Positions 38,828 to 47,711 of a stretch of 57,363 nucleotides of DNA are shown here, in pieces; position 1 is the first letter of the stretch, and every line of letters begins with the position of its first letter. A program made the translations under genes and the position numbers. Source of the stretch: a virus (taxonomy: Duplodnaviria; Heunggongvirae; Uroviricota; Caudoviricetes); IMG/VR virus record IMGVR_UViG_3300043466_002831, positions 1 through 57,363 of that record. One strand, given 5' to 3'. The notes under the pieces were generated by a model, which worked only from the letters and a program-made list of their open reading frames with translations, did not search any database and was not told the origin of the DNA.

Positions 38828-39703
38828 ATGTCAAAAGTAGACGAACTAAGAACAAAATTCCCTCAAGTAACTAACGGAACATTCATCAAAATGGTTCAGT
38901 TTGATTTTACAGGTACTCATAAATATTTGGAGTATATGTTAAAAAATTGGGCATACGAACGCACTCAACGTGGTATGAATTATACTCTTAATCGACTTAT
39001 GGAGGAGGTCAAAAAATTTGATGAGTTACTACCATATCATACAAATAAAGACATTTATTCTGAGGACTTTAATCATTATCGTAAATTGATTCAAATGAAC
39101 GAGAAGGCTCAAACTGTGAAAGATGACAAAACATTTGTTAAATCAGAACATGTTGACGTACTTTACGAAGATGATAATGTCATTATGGTTTCACCTAAGA
39201 CTCATAGAGGTTCTTTGAAATATGGTGCTGGTACCACATGGTGTACTGCTTCTAAGAGTAATGCTGATACGTTCAAGAGATATTCCAAAAACGGATGTTT
39301 GGTTTATCTGGTGGATAAGACAGAATCAACGAAAAAGAATTATCAAAAAATTGCGTTTTATAATAACACTGGAAAAAGTTTATCAGGTGAAATTGAAATC
39401 TACACTCAAAATGATAACCAGACTAGTGAGACGAGTTTAGTTAATAATGGTTGGAAACCTGAGAAATTAGCTGAGTTGATGTTAAGATATCGTGCTTATC
39501 ATGTAGATAAGGAAGCAGTCAAAAGAGCAAAGAGTAAAGTTGAATCTCTTATTGACGCTATGAAGAACCTTGACCTTGACGAACTTTATACAAATTTAAA
39601 ATATCTTGAAAACCGAGGTGAGAATGAGTTCAAAGATGTTAAAAATGTTGTAAACGCTTTTGTTAGTACGGTTGAAAAAAGTTTGGAGAAATACAAAGTT
39701 TGA
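38828..39703 (+). CDS. WCT-motif protein
   Basis: PKTHRGSLKYGAGTTWCTAS. Confidence 0.75.
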   Translation: MSKVDELRTKFPQVTNGTFIKMVQFDFTGTHKYLEYMLKNWAYERTQRGMNYTLNRLMEEVKKFDELLPYHTNKDIYSEDFNHYRKLIQMNEKAQTVKDDKTFVKSEHVDVLYEDDNVIMVSPKTHRGSLKYGAGTTWCTASKSNADTFKRYSKNGCLVYLVDKTESTKKNYQKIAFYNNTGKSLSGEIEIYTQNDNQTSETSLVNNGWKPEKLAELMLRYRAYHVDKEAVKRAKSKVESLIDAMKNLDLDELYTNLKYLENRGENEFKDVKNVVNAFVSTVEKSLEKYKV

Positions 39704-39753
39704 TTTGGTAGTTACGAATTAATCACTATCTTTGTAATCTAAATCGAAGGGAT

Positions 39754-40035
39754 ATGAACACAGCATCGCACAACATCAAGATTCAACACGAAACATTCGG
39801 AGTATTGTTAGACGAGACATTCGTCAACCCAACTCAGTTCAAATTATTTTTGAAAATGGTTCACGGTTGTATTGAATTGAAGAATGATTTAACATTCTTC
39901 AATGGTGTGGAGTTCTTTGTTCATATCCCATACAAACACTTGGTGAATTCAATCATCACAACTAACGTAGATTTATACACCTTGGCGGACCACTTGGTTG
40001 CCAAATCAAAAATGGAGGCAGTAGAGACAAAATGA
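39754..40035 (+). CDS. hypothetical protein
   Basis: 93-aa ORF after promoter 39704-39734. Confidence 0.75.
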   Translation: MNTASHNIKIQHETFGVLLDETFVNPTQFKLFLKMVHGCIELKNDLTFFNGVEFFVHIPYKHLVNSIITTNVDLYTLADHLVAKSKMEAVETK

Positions 40036-40346
40036 TAACAATTAAAGATATTAAGAAATGGGCTAAACCACATCCCGCTACTGTATTCCGTAGCGGTAAT
40101 GGTAAACAATCCCGATTTGGTAATGGAAAAGTTGAGTTTTCAATTGTTGGTGGGGACATTGGATTGTATGGTGATTTTGAAAGTACCTTTGAGGTTGCAA
40201 TCTTTGACATGGAGTCGAGGAACTTTATTACTCGATTTTTTTATCCTGAAACTAGTGATGATGTAATTTCTTACATGAGTTCAGATGAGGTTGAAAACCT
40301 TGTAAACTCTGTGATTAAACGAGAAGACCTGAGTATTGAGGTATAG
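40032..40346 (+). CDS. hypothetical protein
   Basis: 104-aa ORF, ATGA overlap. Confidence 0.7.
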   Translation: MITIKDIKKWAKPHPATVFRSGNGKQSRFGNGKVEFSIVGGDIGLYGDFESTFEVAIFDMESRNFITRFFYPETSDDVISYMSSDEVENLVNSVIKREDLSIEV

Positions 40347-40404
40347 TTTCCTTGTTTAGAAAAACAAGGTGGTGGAAGTCTGACACATCCTGTCGGTCCC
40401 AGAA

Positions 40405-40430
40405 AGAGAGGCTTCGGTCTCTCTTTTTTT
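40405..40430. terminator. cUUCGg-capped terminator between convergent genes
   Basis: AGAGAGGC-TTCG-GTCTCTCT plus T-run. Confidence 0.8.
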
Positions 40431-40935
40431 ATTGTTGTGCGTCGAAGTGTATCATAAACTCTGTTTGTTTGTATACTTCGTATTTTACATCATCTTGAAT
40501 TGAATCTATTAGTTCATCCCATTCACCAATTTCACCTAAACCTACTTCTTCATAGGCGTCTTCAAGAGTAACATGCTCATCATCCTCACCCCAAACTAAT
40601 CGACTATCTCCCCAACTATAATTAACCCATACATGAAATGGGAAGTCACCTTCTTCATCCGTTTGAATAATATCAATTGAATGGATTATAATGTGAACAT
40701 AATCACCATTATCGGAACTCAACATTACTTTAAATCCTGGACTTGACATTAAACCTAATTTGGAAAAAGTTCTCTGAACAAAATCTGCGGTACCAACTAC
40801 TCCCAAGTTTGACAACAAATCATTTTGAAATTCTTCGGGGCTATAGCTAATATATCTTGAAACTTGTAATAAGCTTTCAGTTTGATTTGGGTAATCAATT
40901 TTGTTAAGATATTTTAGATAAGATTTAAAGTTCAT
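40429..40935 (-). CDS. hypothetical protein
   Basis: start moved to MNFKSYL. Confidence 0.7.
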   Translation of the reverse strand: MNFKSYLKYLNKIDYPNQTESLLQVSRYISYSPEEFQNDLLSNLGVVGTADFVQRTFSKLGLMSSPGFKVMLSSDNGDYVHIIIHSIDIIQTDEEGDFPFHVWVNYSWGDSRLVWGEDDEHVTLEDAYEEVGLGEIGEWDELIDSIQDDVKYEVYKQTEFMIHFDAQQ

Positions 40936-40936
40936 A

Positions 40937-41722
40937 TTATAATCTATAAATATCAAATGATTGACTATCATCCCAATGAATGATTAGGTTATTATTCGCA
41001 ATCAATAATCTTGGTTCATCTTCGTAGGTGATACAATACATTTCATTTATGTCAACAAAACTTCTTAATTCGGATTCGTCTCCCTGATAAAATAATGTAA
41101 GATAGTTGTCACCACGTAAACGGTCAAAATCGTATTCAGACATTGCAGGTTCTTTTGTACCTGATTCTAATTCACAAGCACTTTTAATCTCTTCACTCCA
41201 AGTACATATATAATAATGTTCGAAGTGGAATCTATCGGTTTCAACTTCTCCTGTACCAGAACATTCATCGCATCTTATATCACCATCACCGCCACATTGG
41301 TCACAATATACATCACCGTTACCTTGACAGTCATTACATGGTTCATCCTCTGATTCATAACCAGTTCCATCACATGTCGGACATTCTACTCTACCGTTAA
41401 AATCACAATTATCGCAACTTACTGTGGCAGAACCTTCACATGCAGGGCATTCCTCATCTGCGTAATTACCACTGGTTGTGAATAGTGATGCGAATGAGAG
41501 ATTATTAATTATTTTATCTCCTAATGCGAAACTACCTGTATCTTTAAGTGAGTAAATGTAGAAAACCATTTTGATGATATTTTCAGGACCTAAATTACGG
41601 AAGTAGTCCGCTTGATTACTATATACTACTGAAAACGCGTCATATACATCTTGAGGGTCTCTTAGGTCTTCAGGTAATAACTCTGAAACATTTTTGGCTA
41701 ATCTTTTTAATTTATCGTTCAT
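40937..41722 (-). CDS. protein with DnaJ-type CxxCxGxG zinc repeats
   Basis: six CxxC motifs: CPAC, CDNC, CPTC, CNDC, CDQC, CDEC; no J-domain. Confidence 0.75.
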   Translation of the reverse strand: MNDKLKRLAKNVSELLPEDLRDPQDVYDAFSVVYSNQADYFRNLGPENIIKMVFYIYSLKDTGSFALGDKIINNLSFASLFTTSGNYADEECPACEGSATVSCDNCDFNGRVECPTCDGTGYESEDEPCNDCQGNGDVYCDQCGGDGDIRCDECSGTGEVETDRFHFEHYYICTWSEEIKSACELESGTKEPAMSEYDFDRLRGDNYLTLFYQGDESELRSFVDINEMYCITYEDEPRLLIANNNLIIHWDDSQSFDIYRL

Positions 41723-42129
41723 TATCTTGGGAATGTGATATAAGTTGCTAATGTAAAATTGTGGGTGTCCTCATATTTGTAATCAACTCTGATTACCATT
41801 GGGTCTGAAACAATATTATCTGAAGTACCACTAACAATTTTACCTTCTTGAGTTGGGGTATATTGTGAAAGTGCTGAAGTAAACTTATCACACATAATTT
41901 TTAAGTCACGGGTAAAGTAATATACGTCATCCCCATCAAGTCTCCCGTCGTATTCAAAATCCACTTGAATAACAACCCTTTCAAGAATCCACTCACCAGT
42001 TTCAAGTTGGTCTTGCTCAAAATCAATGTCTATGGCACTAACTACAAACTTTTTCTGTTCAAGCTCCATCTTGTATAGATATTTTAATTTATCTTCAAGA
42101 CGTTTTAATTTCTCCTTATCTAACTCCAT
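41722..42129 (-). CDS. hypothetical protein
   Basis: start moved to MELDKEK, just after TATTTAT. Confidence 0.7.
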   Translation of the reverse strand: MELDKEKLKRLEDKLKYLYKMELEQKKFVVSAIDIDFEQDQLETGEWILERVVIQVDFEYDGRLDGDDVYYFTRDLKIMCDKFTSALSQYTPTQEGKIVSGTSDNIVSDPMVIRVDYKYEDTHNFTLATYITFPR

Positions 42130-42193
42130 AACTATAAATAGGTTTATTTTATAAAAATGAACTATTATATTTATAATGTAAAGAAATAACAAT

Positions 42194-42370
42194 ATGGGAC
42201 AATACTTAATCATCACCGAAGAAGAAATTAACAACCACCCAAATGATTTTGAATTGGGTAAACTTGTTAGAATGAAATATATCAAATCAAAGGAAAACAA
42301 AGAATGCCCGATATGTGGGGCAGAAAAAAAATGCACTCCTGAAGAAGAAAATTGTAAAAAAGATTTGTAA
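42194..42370 (+). CDS. small CxxC protein (58 aa, not in track)
   Basis: MGQYLIITEEEINNHPNDFELG...ECPICG... Confidence 0.55.
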   Translation: MGQYLIITEEEINNHPNDFELGKLVRMKYIKSKENKECPICGAEKKCTPEEENCKKDL

Positions 42371-42415
42371 TATTCGATTATAGTTGTATCTTTGTATTCA
42401 CAAAACGATAAAGAT

Positions 42416-42892
42416 ATGACAAACACAACCACCAACACCAGCACAATCATCAAAGTAACAGAAGGAACAATGTCAGGAGACGTATTCTACGGCTCATTCA
42501 ATACCCAAATCAAGGGTAAAACTACCTCTGTAATGGTTTCTAACCACATCAAAGACCTTAATAAAGAATATGAATTCCGTATCGCAGGAAAATGTCAGGC
42601 GGGGTTCATTAATATCCACGACAAGAAAGGAACTGCTCATTCTGTAATCGCAGGTTACAAGAAAAACACTTTGGTAAACATCCAAGTTAAGGTGACTTAC
42701 GACAACGGAGTTGAATATTGGCACAATGTTTTCACTACTAAAGGAAACAAGTGGCACGGAATCGATAAAGCTTTCTTGGATGTATTGACCGTTGGTGATA
42801 TGAGAAGTTCATTCCCTGATATGTGTGACATGAACATCTGGGACCGAATGGGAGCGAAGACTTGGGCGGACAAAGCTTTCACCCAAAACTAA
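42416..42892 (+). CDS. hypothetical protein
   Basis: after promoter 42364-42394; terminator follows at 42903-42930. Confidence 0.75.
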   Translation: MTNTTTNTSTIIKVTEGTMSGDVFYGSFNTQIKGKTTSVMVSNHIKDLNKEYEFRIAGKCQAGFINIHDKKGTAHSVIAGYKKNTLVNIQVKVTYDNGVEYWHNVFTTKGNKWHGIDKAFLDVLTVGDMRSSFPDMCDMNIWDRMGAKTWADKAFTQN

Positions 42893-42973
42893 AAAACAAT
42901 CCAAACCCCTTGATAATACGAGGGGTTTTTTATACCTTTAAAAATATAAGTCGAACCATTTAAAAAAAAAACT

Positions 42974-43303
42974 ATGGAAAATCTAAAAGAAAAAATCGGA
43001 CAAGTAATGAAGCAAGTTTCATTCTACACAGTAATCACCATCAGCCTTATCGTTGGTTTCTCAATCGGATACTACTATGATTTTGTGAAACAAAGTTATA
43101 AGAAAGAACCTAAGTTCACATCGGTTAGAAAATCGGATATCAAGTTGGCGATTGACGAGAACAACAACTTGTTAATCATCAAAGAGAGTGACGGGTCTTA
43201 TACGGTTTATCAAGACTCAGTTGGATATACAATCTTTGGTCTATATGCCAAGAACATTTGGGGTCAAGCTTCCGCTCCATCAACTCCTAAAACTGAGAAA
43301 TAA
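42974..43303 (+). CDS. single-TM membrane protein
   Basis: N-terminal TM helix. Confidence 0.7.
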   Translation: MENLKEKIGQVMKQVSFYTVITISLIVGFSIGYYYDFVKQSYKKEPKFTSVRKSDIKLAIDENNNLLIIKESDGSYTVYQDSVGYTIFGLYAKNIWGQASAPSTPKTEK

Positions 43304-43845
43304 TGTTGAAGAGAGGACTTAAATTCCTGTATGTCTTGTGTCTCATGGCGGTCATAATGGCTACCATGAGTCTCACAAACAAGTATGTTCGCCAGGACGA
43401 ATATAGTTTAAGTGAATTAGGTGGGAAACCAAACTCACCATTCTGTTTACAGATGTACACCTCAATTGAGAAATACAGTGAGATGTACAAGGTACCTAAG
43501 TATATTGCGTACAACGTGGCATACCTTGAAACACGTTATCAGGGACCATTCCATTGGAATTATGACCACAGGAAAGTGTCTTCAGCAGGAGCTCAGGGAC
43601 CAATGCAAATCATTACAAGATGGGCTCACAGTTATGCTGAAAGAAGAGTTAGTGAAAAAGAGTTACGTAATAACATTGACTTAAATGTTAAGGTTAGTAT
43701 GAAGATGTTGAGAACAAGATATGATATGACTCGTGATTGGATGTTGGCTTGTGGTGGGTACAACACTGGTTCACCTGTTAGAAACTCATATGCAGTGTTT
43801 GCAGCGTCAAACAAGAATTATAAAAATAATTGGATTAAATATTAA
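43303..43845 (+). CDS. lytic transglycosylase (SLT family) with signal anchor
   Basis: AYLET, SSAGAQGPMQI, N...SMKML, GYNTG. Confidence 0.85.
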   Translation: MLKRGLKFLYVLCLMAVIMATMSLTNKYVRQDEYSLSELGGKPNSPFCLQMYTSIEKYSEMYKVPKYIAYNVAYLETRYQGPFHWNYDHRKVSSAGAQGPMQIITRWAHSYAERRVSEKELRNNIDLNVKVSMKMLRTRYDMTRDWMLACGGYNTGSPVRNSYAVFAASNKNYKNNWIKY

Positions 43846-43847
43846 GT

Positions 43848-44750
43848 ATGAAGGTAGTCGTTACGGGAGCCTATGGATTCATAGGTTCCCATTTTGTGAA
43901 TAAGTTGAAGGAGTTACATCCTGAGTGTGAGATAACGATAATTGATAAGTTAACCTACGCAGCGAATAAAGATAACATTAAGTGTGATGTTAAGTTCATC
44001 CAAGAGGATATTTGGGAGATTCAATATCTACCTGATTCTGATTATATTGTTCACTTCGCAGCTGAGACCCACGTAGATAATTCAATTAAAGACGGTAGAC
44101 CTTTCATGAGAACAAATGTGGAGGGAACATTCAACTTGGTTGAGTTGGCTAAGAACCTTAAGAAACTTAAGAAGTTCATTCACGTTTCAACTGATGAGGT
44201 TTATGGTGACCGTTTGATTAATGGTAAATTGGTTTTGGCAACAGAAGAATCTAACCTACATGGAAGTTCTTATTATTCGTCATCCAAGATTGGTTCAGAC
44301 ATGATTGTTGAAGCGGCGGGAAGAACATTTGGGTTACCTTACATCATTACCAGGACTTGTAATAACTTCGGTGAAAACCAACACCCTGAGAAGATGTTAC
44401 CTAAAATTATCCAATGTGTTAATAACGGAGATACGATACCTGTTTATGGTGATGGAGAACAAGTTAGGGAATGGATTCATGCCGATGATAATTCATTAGC
44501 AATTTACAATTTGTTAATGTCGGATATCAAAAATGAAGTATTTAATATAGGGAGTGGTTATAGAATTACAAACAACCAACTTATCGCGAAGGTTGGAGAA
44601 GTGATTGGAAACACACCCAAATACGAATATGTGACGGATAGATTGGGGCACGACAGGATGTACGGATTACACTGTGAGAAGTACATTGAAAAATTCGGAC
44701 CAATTACAACCATCACATTAGAAGCCTGGTTAAAAAAAATGTTGTCATAA
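43848..44750 (+). CDS. rfbB: dTDP-glucose 4,6-dehydratase
   Basis: TGAYGFIGS, DKLTYA, HFAAETHVD, STDEVYG, YSSSK, TCNNFG, YGDGEQVREW. Confidence 0.92.
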   Translation: MKVVVTGAYGFIGSHFVNKLKELHPECEITIIDKLTYAANKDNIKCDVKFIQEDIWEIQYLPDSDYIVHFAAETHVDNSIKDGRPFMRTNVEGTFNLVELAKNLKKLKKFIHVSTDEVYGDRLINGKLVLATEESNLHGSSYYSSSKIGSDMIVEAAGRTFGLPYIITRTCNNFGENQHPEKMLPKIIQCVNNGDTIPVYGDGEQVREWIHADDNSLAIYNLLMSDIKNEVFNIGSGYRITNNQLIAKVGEVIGNTPKYEYVTDRLGHDRMYGLHCEKYIEKFGPITTITLEAWLKKMLS

Positions 44751-44816
44751 CCGAAAAAATGTTTTGGAGGTTCCAATAATTGTCTTATCTTTGTATCAAC
44801 AAAAACACTAAGACAT

Positions 44817-45554
44817 ATGACAACTATCTCCACCACCCAAAAAGTTCAAAATTACAAAGGTCAAAACTCTTTCATCCTTAAGATGAAGGACGCAGTATCT
44901 AAATACGGTTCATTAACTATGGCACAATCAAACGCAGTAGAGAAAATCCTCAACGCTCCTGTTGAAGCAAAACAAGTCGAGTTGACTGAAGACATGAAGA
45001 AAATCCAAGCCTACAAAGGTGAGAACAACTTTGTGAAAGAAATTCAATCTAAACTTGAGAAGTATGGTAAGTTGACTGACAAACAAGTGTCAGCAGCGGT
45101 TGCTCAAATCGTAAAAGAGGAGAACAAAGAGAAGACTATCAGTATGAACTGGCCAACCGAAGGTGAATCAATCATCTTGGCTCGTAAAATCGGTCAACAA
45201 TTGAAAGAGACCTACGGTTTAGAGTTTAACCCTGTGTTGATTGACATCACTCGTTTGTTGGGTGTTAGTCCAAAAGCGGTTAAGTTCGCAGGTAAAATGA
45301 CCGTAAAACGTGGTAACATCTGTATGTGTTGCGGACGTGAGTTGACCGATGAGTTCTCTATGTTGACTAAAATGGGTAAGACATGTTCTAAACACATGAA
45401 GGTGGAGTACATCAAGAACAAGTCTGAGGTTGAACGTTTCCGTAACGATTACTTGAAACGAGTTGAGGAAATTGGAGAGATGGAGTTTTGGGTTCCAAAA
45501 TCCCAAATCAAAAAATGGAATGGTATGACCGAAATGATGGTCCAATCCATCTAA
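44817..45554 (+). CDS. DUF6011-like zinc-finger protein with duplicated N-terminal module
   Basis: CMCCGRELTD..S...MG..C; YKGxNxF...KYGxLT repeated twice; promoter 44763-44793. Confidence 0.7.
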   Translation: MTTISTTQKVQNYKGQNSFILKMKDAVSKYGSLTMAQSNAVEKILNAPVEAKQVELTEDMKKIQAYKGENNFVKEIQSKLEKYGKLTDKQVSAAVAQIVKEENKEKTISMNWPTEGESIILARKIGQQLKETYGLEFNPVLIDITRLLGVSPKAVKFAGKMTVKRGNICMCCGRELTDEFSMLTKMGKTCSKHMKVEYIKNKSEVERFRNDYLKRVEEIGEMEFWVPKSQIKKWNGMTEMMVQSI

Positions 45555-45562
45555 AAAAAAAG

Positions 45563-45600
45563 AAATCCCTGACCTTGAAAGTTGGGGATTCTTTTCTTAT
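45563..45600 (+). terminator. intrinsic terminator
   Basis: GAAATCCC...GGGATTC with T-run. Confidence 0.55.
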
Positions 45601-45609
45601 TATTTCATC

Positions 45610-45813
45610 ATGAGCTATATTATAATCAAGATGGTGAAAGACATTACCAAAGAGAAAGAATTACCTGTCGTTATTTTAGACAGCGAAGATGATGTGTTAG
45701 AATTCAACACTAAAGAAGAAGCTGAAGAAATGAGACTTCGATTTGAAGTTAACTCTGATTCAGGGTACAAATATAGAGTTAAAAAAATAGGTGAACACCA
45801 TGATGACCATTAA
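45610..45813 (+). CDS. hypothetical protein
   Basis: 67-aa ORF. Confidence 0.65.
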   Translation: MSYIIIKMVKDITKEKELPVVILDSEDDVLEFNTKEEAEEMRLRFEVNSDSGYKYRVKKIGEHHDDH

Positions 45814-46138
45814 CAAAAAAGAACAAGAATTAATTGATGAAGTAATCCAAAACTTCGACTTCTATAAGTGCCAACTAATGATGGAATATATGGGTTGGTT
45901 ATGGTTGAGAAATGACGGGTTTAGAATCCCAACGAAACACGATTTAATCGAAGCTGCTAAAGATAGAATTGAATCTGCTATTAAAGGGATTAAAGAAGCG
46001 GGTAGAATGACTGTAAATGAGTCCTACGGGTCATCAAGTGGTGGTTTGAAGGCGACAGTATTTAAGAACCGTTACAATCAAATAACATTCATTAAATTGG
46101 AATTTATATTGACTGAATGGGATGCAGGGGATGATTAA
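45791..46138 (+). CDS. hypothetical protein
   Basis: 115-aa ORF. Confidence 0.7.
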   Translation: MNTMMTINKKEQELIDEVIQNFDFYKCQLMMEYMGWLWLRNDGFRIPTKHDLIEAAKDRIESAIKGIKEAGRMTVNESYGSSSGGLKATVFKNRYNQITFIKLEFILTEWDAGDD

Positions 46139-46190
46139 ATTTGACTTTTGAATAAAAACACTTATAATATACAAACAACAAAACAAGATT

Positions 46191-46631
46191 ATGAAAGTAA
46201 AACAAGCATTAAAGTACAAGAAGAAATTAGCTTCAAAGATGAACCAAGAGTTCGGTAAAGTTCAAATGTATAATTCTGTTGAGGAAGGTTCAACACGAGT
46301 TTATGATGTTAAAGAATCAATGAAAAATTGGTTGACCATGAGTGAAGAATTGGTTGAATTAAAAACCAAATTACACTTGGCAAATGCACCTGTATACGGT
46401 AAAATTTTCCGTATGTCTGAGTTGAAATCTCAATTGTCGAATCTAAAATCATTGGATTGTGTTGAGGGTAAATACTCTGACCGTTATGGTAGAATGAGTG
46501 GAGATTCTCCAATCGTCAAAACCGCACAAATTGGTATCTTGGAAAGAGACCAAATGGTTTCAATTATTGAAGAAGAAATCGAAAGAATCCAAGAAGAATT
46601 GGATGAGCATAACGCTACCACATCCATCTAA
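46191..46631 (+). CDS. DIP1984/DUF6847-like coiled-coil protein
   Basis: MKVKQAL...YNSVEEG...ELVELKTKLHLAN...ELDEHNATTSI; pattern recalled for this family. Confidence 0.6.
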   Translation: MKVKQALKYKKKLASKMNQEFGKVQMYNSVEEGSTRVYDVKESMKNWLTMSEELVELKTKLHLANAPVYGKIFRMSELKSQLSNLKSLDCVEGKYSDRYGRMSGDSPIVKTAQIGILERDQMVSIIEEEIERIQEELDEHNATTSI

Positions 46632-46637
46632 GATATT

Positions 46638-46807
46638 GGGTTAAGTTGAGAGAGGGAAGGTAATACGTCACGTACAAAACATATCTGGAAACTTTGATAC
46701 ATGAACTGATAAGAATTCAAATCTCAGTCTTCAAAGCGTCAAACTTGTTAAACCCTCAAATGTTAAAATTCTTTTAGACATTTTATCTAACTTTTTTCAC
46801 TTAACCC
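46638..46807 (+). ncRNA. putative structured 3' RNA element
   Basis: ends pair: GGGTTAAGT 46638-46646 with ACTTAACCC 46799-46807, extended by GA/U-rich wobble pairs; nested inner helices. Confidence 0.55.
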
Positions 46808-46828
46808 TTTTTATTGTATTTATTAATA

Positions 46829-47233
46829 ATGAAAGCATGTTTCAAAGATATTAATAAATTTTTCACCACAGAACAAATCGAAGTTACGAAAGAGTTTGTA
46901 AAGTTCTTACATTCTCAATTACCTCTTACAGATGATGTCTACATTACATTCACAGGTAATAGAGATATTAAGATGACCACAGGGGTTAGAATGCCAGGAC
47001 ATAAGATATATGTATTGGCGAACAAAAGATTGTTGATTGATATTTTTAGAACCGTTGCACACGAGTGGGTTCATGAATTCCAACATCAAAAGATGGGACT
47101 TAAAGATACCGATAAGATACAGAACATCGGTGGTCCTGAAGAAAACATGGCAAATACTTTATCGGGAATTTTCGTTAAACAATTCGATAAAGAAAATCCC
47201 CAATATAGTAGTGTAATTTACGAACAGGATTAG
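46829..47233 (+). CDS. HExxH metallopeptidase-like protein
   Basis: VAHEWVHE...ENMAN. Confidence 0.7.
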   Translation: MKACFKDINKFFTTEQIEVTKEFVKFLHSQLPLTDDVYITFTGNRDIKMTTGVRMPGHKIYVLANKRLLIDIFRTVAHEWVHEFQHQKMGLKDTDKIQNIGGPEENMANTLSGIFVKQFDKENPQYSSVIYEQD

Positions 47234-47484
47234 TAGGTAGATTTACGAATTGTAAACTCTACAGTATCTCCAACCTCCTGAGGTTTAATAACCTTCGTCC
47301 ACAAATTATTTTCTTTTAAATGTATTCTCCAATAAGGAGTTGTCTGTAATGAATGGTCCTGACCAATCCCATGATATTCGACAGAGTCTACAACAAGTTT
47401 CATTTTTGTTTCAAGGACATCAGGTTTCATAGTACAAGACGAAATTAAACCTAAGACCAATAATAAATTAATACTCTTCTTCAT
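47230..47484 (-). CDS. lipoprotein
   Basis: MKKSINLLLVLGLISSC lipobox. Confidence 0.7.
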   Translation of the reverse strand: MKKSINLLLVLGLISSCTMKPDVLETKMKLVVDSVEYHGIGQDHSLQTTPYWRIHLKENNLWTKVIKPQEVGDTVEFTIRKSTY

Positions 47485-47692
47485 AACTTTCTAATTTTTC
47501 AGTTACAAAGGTACGCATTTCTCTCATTTTTTCCAAAAGTTCTTTTCTTAATTTGTGAAAATCCTCATCTTCGATTTCTTCGAATGAGCTGTAATGTTCA
47601 AAACAGTATTCCATACCTTCATTATCAATTCGGTATCTAACCATTTCCCAATTTTCGTATTCTTCTTCTGTCATAATATTCAATTTGTACAA
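47468..47692 (-). CDS. acidic hypothetical protein
   Basis: 74-aa ORF. Confidence 0.65.
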   Translation of the reverse strand: MYKLNIMTEEEYENWEMVRYRIDNEGMEYCFEHYSSFEEIEDEDFHKLRKELLEKMREMRTFVTEKLESYEEEY

Positions 47693-47711
47693 AGGTAAAT
47701 AAAAAAATATG

